Positions 34,834 to 41,524 of a stretch of DNA of 41,524 bases are shown piece by piece. The translations under genes and the position numbers were made by a program. The stretch spans positions 1 through 41,524 of the forward strand of contig CAZCBC010000003.1 of NCBI GenBank assembly GCA_964496775.1, given 5' to 3'. Origin of the DNA: an uncultured Oscillospiraceae bacterium (lineage in GTDB: Bacteria > Bacillota > Clostridia > Christensenellales > Aristaeellaceae). The notes beneath the pieces were generated by a model. It made no database searches and was not told the origin of the DNA. It was given only the letters and a program-made list of their open reading frames with translations. Positions within the stretch are counted from its first letter, which is position 1; each line of letters starts with the position of its first letter.

Positions 34834-35886
34834 TTATATGGTTTTTTTCATAATGGCAAATCGGCGCACGATACGGAAACCGGTACGCAGATAAATGCTC
34901 TGTGCGCGGTTATTTTCGCCGGTAAACAGAGTAGAGAAGGTAGCGCCCTCAGCAATAAACTCCTGCATAAGCAGGTGGAACAGAATGGGCGCAATGCCAC
35001 GGTGCTCAAACTGCGGGTCGGTAAAGATACCGCAGAACCAGCCGCGTCCGCTATCCTGCTTATCAACAGGCCCAGTAAAGGCGACAATATGTCGAGCATG
35101 GGTGGCAACCAGAAGCGGCCTTGGCCCGGAGGGAACCTTAGTACCGTTGGGAATAAAACGAACATCCGTATTTGGACGGTTCTCCTTCCAGCAAGCCAGC
35201 TCGGAGCGAATCACCTCGCGCCAATATTCGTTGCCCACACGATCGCACAACCTGTCGTAATCATAGTCGAGAGAGGCATCGTAGCGCCCGGTATATACGC
35301 CCTCGGAAAGCAGTTGTGCCTGACACTTTTTCATGTCATCCCAGGGAATGTAGTTTTTCAAATCAAGATACATAGCAATCTCACGGTCGTGTTCCTTAAA
35401 ACCGGATGATTTAAGAAATTCATATCCCGGCGAGGCCATATCCACACCTGGGGTGTTGTTGTGGTCATGTCCATGAGTACTGGGGATGTGCCAGTCAAGA
35501 TTGACTGGGTTATCGTTGGAAAGGGCAACAGACCTTTTCCCCGCAGCTTTGAATCGGCTGCACAGTTCGTCAACGAGGGCTCGGCCAATTCCCCGACCAC
35601 GGCAATCCTTGCGCACAAAGAAGCAGGTAATATAGCCCGGAGTGTTTTCGTTTGTCTCGTTATCCAGAAAAACTTTCTTGGCAATACCATTTATGAAGCC
35701 GACAATTTTACCATCTTTCTCGGCTACCAGTGAATACCTCGGGTCGTAGTTGGGATCTTTTTCAAACTTGGTGTAGAAATAAGCTTCAGTAAGGCTGTAG
35801 TAAATCACCTCACCAGCCTGTACACTTTCGTTCCAGATGCGGATTACAGATGGTAAATCCTGCTTCTTATAGGTGCGGATATTCAT
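34834..35886 (-). CDS. Tandem-GNAT N-acetyltransferase
   Basis: 350 aa. The first GNAT motif A is 'RGRGIGRALVDEL'. A second, degenerate acetyl-CoA motif 'EHRGIAPILFHLLMQEF' lies in the C-terminal half. GAGGAGG RBS. Confidence 0.7.
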   Translation of the reverse strand: MNIRTYKKQDLPSVIRIWNESVQAGEVIYYSLTEAYFYTKFEKDPNYDPRYSLVAEKDGKIVGFINGIAKKVFLDNETNENTPGYITCFFVRKDCRGRGIGRALVDELCSRFKAAGKRSVALSNDNPVNLDWHIPSTHGHDHNNTPGVDMASPGYEFLKSSGFKEHDREIAMYLDLKNYIPWDDMKKCQAQLLSEGVYTGRYDASLDYDYDRLCDRVGNEYWREVIRSELACWKENRPNTDVRFIPNGTKVPSGPRPLLVATHARHIVAFTGPVDKQDSGRGWFCGIFTDPQFEHRGIAPILFHLLMQEFIAEGATFSTLFTGENNRAQSIYLRTGFRIVRRFAIMKKTI

Positions 35887-35906
35887 GGCCTTGCCTCCTC
35901 GCGATA

Positions 35907-38015
35907 CTATATGATCTTGTCCTCTCTTCGAAAGATGAAATACTGTGCGGCATAATCACCCTTAAGCGCTATGCGGATACCACGTCGCATCAACGCCGCA
36001 CCGCTGTGAGGTCGGGCATTTTCATCACGATAAGCTGCCCGTTCATCTAATCCCCGAAGACGAATAATGAGGTTTCCTTCCGCATGCCGCAGCCCATGGC
36101 CAAAGGCAAATACAATTACGGTACCGCCATCTCTGCGTAGGTATTCAAGAACAGAAACATTCCCGTCGATGACGCTTTTCAGGCGCAGTACGTAGCTGTT
36201 TTGTAAGTCCTCGCGCAGCGTCTTAAAAATATCCGTCGCATTGCGAATTTCGCGTAGCGCCTCATCGCTACAAGTTGTTAGGTCAATGCCGATACTCATG
36301 GAGCCAGTCATCCCACTGATAGCACGGAATGAAAAGGGGGTGGAACGATTGTTGATTCCGTTGGGAGAAGGACTGATATTCCCCGCACCGCCTGCTAACT
36401 TTGGTAAAAACAGCGTAGTAAACCCTTCATGAAGCCGCATCACATCCACCGGATCAGCATTGTCGCTGCGGTTGATGCGGTCGGCATAGGGGAGCATACC
36501 AAAATCCGCACGTCCGCCGCCTGAAGCACAATTTTCGTATAGGACATCTGGATAATGCTCATTCATGAATTGCCAAATCTTATATAGGTTTTGTATATAG
36601 CGAACGCGAATTTCACGGTTTGTGCCAAAGGATGACAGATAGCGATTCATATCCCATTTCAAATAATCCAACTCGCACTCGCCAAGCAACCTGTCCAGCA
36701 TGGCGATGCACCACTGCGTAACGTCCTCCCGCGACAAATCCAGCACAAGCTGGTTGCGCATAAGATCCTCTGACTGATACGGATCCCGCAGCACCCAGTC
36801 GGGATGGAGTCTGTAGAGATCACTATTGCGATTCAACATTTCCGGTTCTACCCAAAGTCCAAACAACAAACCAGCTTCGTGACACGCGTCTGCAATGGGC
36901 TTCAGCCCGCCAGGAAAGCGCGCCGGATCCGCGAACCAATCTCCCAGACCGACCCGATCACACGTGCGGCCTTTCATCCAGCCATCATCAATTACGAACA
37001 GCTCTGCGCCGACCTCCTTTGCCCTTTGAAGCATCGCCATGCAGTTATATTGAGTCACACCAAACTCAAACGGATACCAAGAATTGTAGATTACAGGAAA
37101 GGGTCGGGCTATTTTGTTCTGCGGACAAACAACATCAAACTCCCAATCGTATAGCATACGGCTCATGTCGCTAAAGCCGTCTGGTGTATAACCGATAAGC
37201 AGCTCAGGCGAGGTTTCGGAACAACCTGGCGCAAGCGTAAACACTGTATCAAAATCGGATAATCCTGCACTAAGTCGCACATTTCCTGCGAAGCTTTTTT
37301 CCAGATCCATCCGAAAATCACCAGACCATGCAAGTCCGGCAAAAATCATTTCGCCATGTTCCTCATCCGCGTGCGTGTCGAGCGCAACGAAGGGTATTGC
37401 CTGATGCGAGGCACAAGTGCCACGCGTATTGGAAAGTGTCAGACAGGTTTGTGTAATCTTTGTTCGGTTTTTTGTATACTCCGCTCCCCAGTGCCCTGTG
37501 AAATAGGTGGCATTCCAAGCCCCGGCAGGTAACGAAAGCGTAGCAGAAAGAAAGCGTTCCAGCTGCACAGGCCTGTCGCTGCCATTTGTCACCGTCACAG
37601 AACGGAATAAAATCCCCGGCACTTCACAGAGGCGATAGTGCAGGATCACGCTTACAGCCCGAGATGGTTCTGTTAACGTAACATCAAGCTGAGTATCCGT
37701 TTGCACATGGCTCTGATAATAAAGGCGGATTCCGCGCGTACCGTCTTCATATACACAAAACAGCGCAGGCTGCAGATAATCAAACGGTTCCTGCACAGCG
37801 TATTCCTGAAACCACGGCCACTCTTCGCTGACGCCACGAGAGAAAAAGGGTTCCTTAATCCTGTCCAATTCCGGATCCAGATCGTATTCACCCGGCAATG
37901 TACCGCCCAGATAAAGATGACAAAGCTTTCCGGTGGGTGACACCGCGAAAGCATAAGTCATACGACCCGATTCAATTCTGAACAGATGTCGTGTTTCATC
38001 GTAATGTATTGCCAC
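35907..38015 (-). CDS. GH36 alpha-galactosidase
   Basis: 702 aa. Carries classic GH36 motifs 'FVIDDGW', 'YLKWDMNR' (nucleophile Asp region), 'CASGGGRADFG' and 'RSDNADPVDVMRL' (acid/base region). GTG start with an AAAGGAGGGA RBS. Confidence 0.85.
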   Translation of the reverse strand: MAIHYDETRHLFRIESGRMTYAFAVSPTGKLCHLYLGGTLPGEYDLDPELDRIKEPFFSRGVSEEWPWFQEYAVQEPFDYLQPALFCVYEDGTRGIRLYYQSHVQTDTQLDVTLTEPSRAVSVILHYRLCEVPGILFRSVTVTNGSDRPVQLERFLSATLSLPAGAWNATYFTGHWGAEYTKNRTKITQTCLTLSNTRGTCASHQAIPFVALDTHADEEHGEMIFAGLAWSGDFRMDLEKSFAGNVRLSAGLSDFDTVFTLAPGCSETSPELLIGYTPDGFSDMSRMLYDWEFDVVCPQNKIARPFPVIYNSWYPFEFGVTQYNCMAMLQRAKEVGAELFVIDDGWMKGRTCDRVGLGDWFADPARFPGGLKPIADACHEAGLLFGLWVEPEMLNRNSDLYRLHPDWVLRDPYQSEDLMRNQLVLDLSREDVTQWCIAMLDRLLGECELDYLKWDMNRYLSSFGTNREIRVRYIQNLYKIWQFMNEHYPDVLYENCASGGGRADFGMLPYADRINRSDNADPVDVMRLHEGFTTLFLPKLAGGAGNISPSPNGINNRSTPFSFRAISGMTGSMSIGIDLTTCSDEALREIRNATDIFKTLREDLQNSYVLRLKSVIDGNVSVLEYLRRDGGTVIVFAFGHGLRHAEGNLIIRLRGLDERAAYRDENARPHSGAALMRRGIRIALKGDYAAQYFIFRREDKII

Positions 38016-38049
38016 GGAGATCCCTCCTTTTTAACGAGCCACCTATCTA

Positions 38050-38058
38050 TTGTGATTC
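38050..38058 (-). promoter_or_regulatory. Candidate extended -10 element (TGATAGAAT) for the GH36-GNAT-X700 operon
   Basis: Minus-strand TGATAGAAT lies about 35 nt upstream of the GTG start. There is no good -35, which is compatible with an extended -10 promoter. Confidence 0.35.
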
Positions 38059-38156
38059 TATCAGATGGGCAAGGGGAAAGAAAGCGAAGGTTACAGGAAA
38101 AAATCCTAAAACTTCTATGTAATTTTCGAGGTTAAAAACACTATTCATTAATATAC

Positions 38157-38194
38157 TGGCAAAAACAAGGCTCCTTGATTTTCGAGGAGCCTTG
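38157..38194 (-). terminator. Rho-independent terminator of the LuxR-type regulator gene
   Basis: 9-bp stem CAAGGCTCC/GGAGCCTTG (38166-38174 / 38186-38194) with an 11-nt loop. On the minus strand it is followed by TTTTTG. Lies 33 nt after the stop. Confidence 0.75.
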
Positions 38195-38226
38195 TTAAGG
38201 AGAATCAAATATATCACCGTATACTA

Positions 38227-39309
38227 TTACTTTTGCAAGCATTTCTTCAGTTCACTACGTTTCGTAACGCCTACCTTTTGAAAAATAACCGAAAGATAGG
38301 CTTTCACAGTATTGATGGAGATATTCAAATAATCGGCGATTTCCTGGTTGGTCTTGCCTTTGGCGGCCATCATAGCAAGTGCATATTCATAAGGCGTCAA
38401 CAGGTTGGTTACCTTGTCATCGGATTGCGGATTATGAATCTCTGTCCATCCGTGCCTGAAGCGCGTCACTTTTTCAGAAATCGTCTTGTATAGTTCAGGC
38501 TCCCGGTCACGAACATGTTTTTCCACCAGTCCCTGCAATGGGCCGTGATGTCCGACAAAGGGCTGTATATAGCCCTCCGGCTTGGCTATCCGCAATGCTT
38601 CCAGGAAAAAACGGTCGGCCTGTTCAAAACGGGATAGATTCATTGCCGCCATGGAAGCCGCCAAATTCAGGTAAACGCTTATAATCGGATGACGGTCGGC
38701 TGCCATCATCAGTGCGGCCTCAGCCACACCCAACGCCTGCGCATATTCCTGCTGAAGATAAAGCACATACGATTGAGCGTACAGCACAAAAAGTTGAGAC
38801 CCTTCGGAACAATAGGAGAAATTTTCCAACGGAATCGGTGCAATATTTTCGCCCAGATGAAAAAAGGCAGACAAAACAAAATGATAAATATTGTTGAGTG
38901 CGGCCGTACGCCTGTTCTCCGGTTGCTGCGCCTTCCACCGCAGGGCTTGAAAGTCCTTTCGGGCAACCTCAATGTTGTTCAGAGCCACATTGGACACGGC
39001 ATGTGCCAGCAACGCAAAAACACTGATTTCGGGGTGAGGACTGTTGATGCAGTATTCAGCCTCGATCGCGGCTTCCTCATAACGCGCCTGTAAAAAGAAG
39101 TGCACTACCCTTGCAATTGCCTGCTCCTCCTCTTCGGACAGCGTTTTATCTGTTTCATCTACCGCGCCGCCTACAGAAGGCGGCTCAAGAAACAGATAGT
39201 CTATAATAACTCTCGCCCCTTCGCCACGCCGCCGTGTAGCCAAAGACACGTCATCCTGTGCGCGCCCTCCGTTATTTTGTAGTTCTTTATCTTCCATACA
39301 ATCCTCCAC
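38227..39309 (-). CDS. LuxR/GerE-family transcriptional regulator with an N-terminal helical-repeat (TPR/MalT-C-like) domain
   Basis: The C-terminal HTH 'LTPYEYALAMMAAKGKTNQEIADYLNISINTVKAYLSVIFQKVGVTKRSEL' is a textbook LuxR-type motif. GGTGGAGGA RBS. Confidence 0.85.
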   Translation of the reverse strand: MEDCMEDKELQNNGGRAQDDVSLATRRRGEGARVIIDYLFLEPPSVGGAVDETDKTLSEEEEQAIARVVHFFLQARYEEAAIEAEYCINSPHPEISVFALLAHAVSNVALNNIEVARKDFQALRWKAQQPENRRTAALNNIYHFVLSAFFHLGENIAPIPLENFSYCSEGSQLFVLYAQSYVLYLQQEYAQALGVAEAALMMAADRHPIISVYLNLAASMAAMNLSRFEQADRFFLEALRIAKPEGYIQPFVGHHGPLQGLVEKHVRDREPELYKTISEKVTRFRHGWTEIHNPQSDDKVTNLLTPYEYALAMMAAKGKTNQEIADYLNISINTVKAYLSVIFQKVGVTKRSELKKCLQK

Positions 39310-39770
39310 CAGCTATGCATAAGCCGAATGAAAGTGTTCTCTATCCATACAGATCCCGCCGCATCATTACCGATACAGTAATTCTATGTCCTTCTGTATC
39401 TTGGGCACGGCGAAACAGATTGATATTGCAAAACCGTTCTCTTATCCAAGCAATTATCATTTTTATGTTACCACAAATGGTCATTGCTGTAAACAATTTC
39501 ATTGTTTTCACACGCTGATTTGTTGAATGTCTTACCGGTTCTTGTACAGGTTTCCACGCATGCAAGTGGGTGATGAATTTATACCTTCGAGTTTATACTT
39601 TTTTTCCTTGAAACGGGTATTCTAACAAATTAGCTTTTCAAGTATTCTAAGGTTGTACAAGTTAATTCATATCTCCGGCATCGACGAACCCCGCGAAGAC
39701 ATGATGACACCATCACTCTGGAGGAAATAGCACTATCAGTTGCATTAGATTGAATAAAGGAGGAACCCCC

Positions 39771-40691
39771 ATGAAACGGATACTTGCCTGTGTAATCATT
39801 CTGGCTCTAATGGCCTCGCTATCCCTGCCAATCGCCCTGGCACAGACCCCCGCCATTGGCTTGCCCAATCCCGTCTTTGAGGCAACCGCCGCAGAGGCCG
39901 CAGAGGCCTCGGGTACCCCCAGCGCTCACCTGTTCTATGATGATTCAACAAACATCCGCTACTCCTACATCAAAGGCCAGGAAGGGCCGGTTGTATTCCA
40001 GGTACAGTTTGCCTGGGAGGGGGTTGAGTGCGCCATCCGTGTATTCAAGAGCACGCAACTGGAGGATTTATCCGGCATGCACTACCCCTGGTCGCAGGAT
40101 AACAAGGTGATGGTTAGCGTTTATCCCGGCCGCGCGATGTATAACGAGGGCGAGGCCGGTGTACTCATGTGGCATGACGTACGCAACAACCTGGTGTACA
40201 ACATATCCATGATTGGCGATGTAACACTGTTTAAATTAATGAAGTTAGCCTGGATTAACGCGGAAGCGGAGCAAGACCTGATTGGCTTTCCCAACCCCAT
40301 CGTTGAGGCGTCCGCTGAGGAAGCTATCAAGGTTTCAGGCACCATGGGCGCCAATGTACCCGAGGAGGCGGAGGATGTCCGCTATTTCTACATCAAAGGC
40401 AAAGAGGAGCCGGTGATGTTCCAGGTGAAGTTTATCTGGGAGGGCGCCGAGTGCACCATCCGCGCGTTCAAGGGTACGCAGGCAGAGGATCTTTCCGGCA
40501 TGTACTACCCCTGGGAGCAGGATAAAGAAGTCATGATTGGCACCCACCCGGGCCGTGTGATGTACAACGAGGGTGTTCAGGGCGTGGCGATATGGTATGA
40601 CGCAAACAACGGGCTGGTGTACAACGTATCCATGGTTGGCAACGCGACGCAGGAAAACTTAATGAACCTGGCCCTGGTCAACGCCAAGTAA
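39771..40691 (+). CDS. Secreted protein of unknown function built from two tandem ~136-aa repeats
   Basis: Signal peptide 'MKRILACVIILALMASLSLPIALAQTP'. AAGGAGGA RBS 6 nt upstream of ATG 39771 (the ORF-track start at 39750 is a TTG). Carries an internal duplication, listed as a separate repeat feature. Confidence 0.75.
   Translation: MKRILACVIILALMASLSLPIALAQTPAIGLPNPVFEATAAEAAEASGTPSAHLFYDDSTNIRYSYIKGQEGPVVFQVQFAWEGVECAIRVFKSTQLEDLSGMHYPWSQDNKVMVSVYPGRAMYNEGEAGVLMWHDVRNNLVYNISMIGDVTLFKLMKLAWINAEAEQDLIGFPNPIVEASAEEAIKVSGTMGANVPEEAEDVRYFYIKGKEEPVMFQVKFIWEGAECTIRAFKGTQAEDLSGMYYPWEQDKEVMIGTHPGRVMYNEGVQGVAIWYDANNGLVYNVSMVGNATQENLMNLALVNAK
39855..40688 (+). repeat. Intragenic tandem duplication (repeat 1 39855-40262, repeat 2 40281-40688)
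   Basis: Both units start I-G-(L/F)-P-N-P. Both contain RY-YIKG-E-PV-FQV-F-WEG-EC-IR-FK-TQ-EDLSGM-YPW-QD and PGR-MYNEG...LVYN-SM-G. About 60% identical by eye over the last ~100 residues. Confidence 0.85.
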
Positions 40692-40798
40692 GAGCAGAAA
40701 TTGCTCATGCACAAAAGCGTCCCCGGAAGCATCACCCACTTTATTCGGACATTTTCAAATGAAACATAAGAGCGAAAAGTATCAGATAGGAGGATATT

Positions 40799-41524
40799 AT
40801 GAAAAAAGTCGTTGCTTTAGTAACATTGCTGGTGTTGCTGCTGAGCCTGTTACCCGCATCCGCTTCCATCTACGACCCTAACTCCGGCAACATGTTTATC
40901 AAGACGGAAAACGGCAAGTGCGTCAACATGCGCGAGGAGCCCAATACCGACGCCAAGGTGATTACTACCATCCCGTACGGCAAAAGCGTGCTGGTATACA
41001 GCGGCTTTATAAGCGGCCAGTGGTCCCATGTACAGTATGGTATGTTCAATGGGTATGTAATGAAAAAGTTCCTGACGGGTACAAAGCCTGCGCCCTTTGT
41101 GCCGCCCACACCCAAGCCCACAGCCAAACCAACGGCCACCCCATCGCCCGAGCAGCGCCGCGCCAATGACATCAAGGAAGCGCAAAAGCTGGGCATTGTG
41201 CCCCGGGGCATGAAAACCGATGGCATTGCCACCTGGGATGACCTGAACGCTCTGCTGACCAATGTGGTGCGCCTGAAGACCAAGAACCCTGCCGCACAGC
41301 GTACCCATGTGTATTTAACCAAACAGGAGTATGAGGCCTCCGGCGCAGGTGCCCAATACAACATGGTGCTGCGGGGCGCCGCTGTTGTTGAGCGGAGCGG
41401 GCAGGTCCGCCGGATTGCGAATGATCGAAACCGCATCCTCTGCAGCCGGAGCGACGGTCGCTGCAGCCATGCTGCTGTGATCCATCGCGGTGCTTCCGGA
41501 AGCGCCATAACCCGTGTCGGCCAG
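40799..41524 (+). CDS. Secreted SH3b-domain protein (5' partial; open to the window end, not in the ORF track)
   Basis: TAGGAGGA RBS 4 nt upstream of ATG 40799. Signal peptide 'MKKVVALVTLLVLLLSLLPASAS'. SH3_3-like 'VNMREEPNTDAKVITTIPYGKSVLVYSGFISGQWSHVQYGMFNGYVMKKFL', then a Pro/Thr/Lys linker. The frame is open for 242 codons. Translation beyond about 41340 becomes Arg-rich, and a competing minus-strand frame exists (41315-41524). Confidence 0.65.
   Translation, partial: MKKVVALVTLLVLLLSLLPASASIYDPNSGNMFIKTENGKCVNMREEPNTDAKVITTIPYGKSVLVYSGFISGQWSHVQYGMFNGYVMKKFLTGTKPAPFVPPTPKPTAKPTATPSPEQRRANDIKEAQKLGIVPRGMKTDGIATWDDLNALLTNVVRLKTKNPAAQRTHVYLTKQEYEASGAGAQYNMVLRGAAVVERSGQVRRIANDRNRILCSRSDGRCSHAAVIHRGASGSAITRVGQ

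Noticed and set aside
38090-38105. Recurring GGA-N5-TCC inverted repeats (AGGA-AAAAA-TCCT here, CGGA-CTTTT-TCCG at 17886-17898, TGGA-ATAAT-TCCA at 19131-19143) as a shared operator
   Set aside because: The arms are only 3-4 bp, so chance occurrence in about 2 kb of AT-rich non-coding DNA is plausible. I kept only the perfect 13-bp palindromes as a low-interest finding.
40850-41508. Minus-strand ORFs of 152 and 212 aa listed in the ORF track
   Set aside because: Their translations are Arg/Ala/Gly/Pro-rich with no start context. The opposite strand encodes an RBS-preceded signal peptide plus an SH3b domain, which explains the open frames as shadows, at least up to about 41300.
1-41524. Mobile elements, CRISPR arrays, tRNA/rRNA genes, defence or toxin-antitoxin systems, prophage genes
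   Set aside because: I read all intergenic regions and the ORF translations. I found no direct-repeat arrays, no transposase, integrase or recombinase motifs, no cloverleaf-like or rRNA-like segments, and no small paired ORFs typical of TA modules.

Overview
This 41.5-kb window is gene-dense (27 CDS, about 90% coding) and is a carbohydrate-utilisation supercluster. Its signals are Firmicutes/Clostridia-like: AGGAGG-type RBSs, TTGACA/TATAAT sigmaA-type promoters, hairpin terminators, and LplABC-type CUT1 ABC importers with no ATPase gene. I saw no rRNA, tRNA, CRISPR array, transposase, integrase or phage genes. The main feature is that one unusual gene set occurs twice, diverged and shuffled, and is transcribed divergently from a central regulator (17986-19119). 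Each side carries a DUF5107-like+TPR protein, a GH39-like clan GH-A hydrolase, two ABC permeases plus a large solute-binding protein, a ~600-aa extended class-I PMI-type cupin protein, and a ROK-like kinase lacking the zinc motif. A ~700-aa protein family that I cannot place in any characterised family ('X700') occurs three times. Other genes are a FucI/AraA-like isomerase, a YgjV-like membrane protein, a NamZ/DUF1343-like protein, a GH36 alpha-galactosidase, a tandem-GNAT acetyltransferase, a 675-aa clan GH-A hydrolase and a LuxR-type regulator. Two secreted proteins follow: one is an internal tandem duplication, and the other is an SH3b protein cut by the window end and absent from the ORF track. 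The duplicated DUF5107-like / X700 / long-PMI module is my best candidate for an undescribed glycan catabolic system. The substrate cannot be deduced from sequence alone. All family names are from motif recognition by eye and need HMM confirmation.
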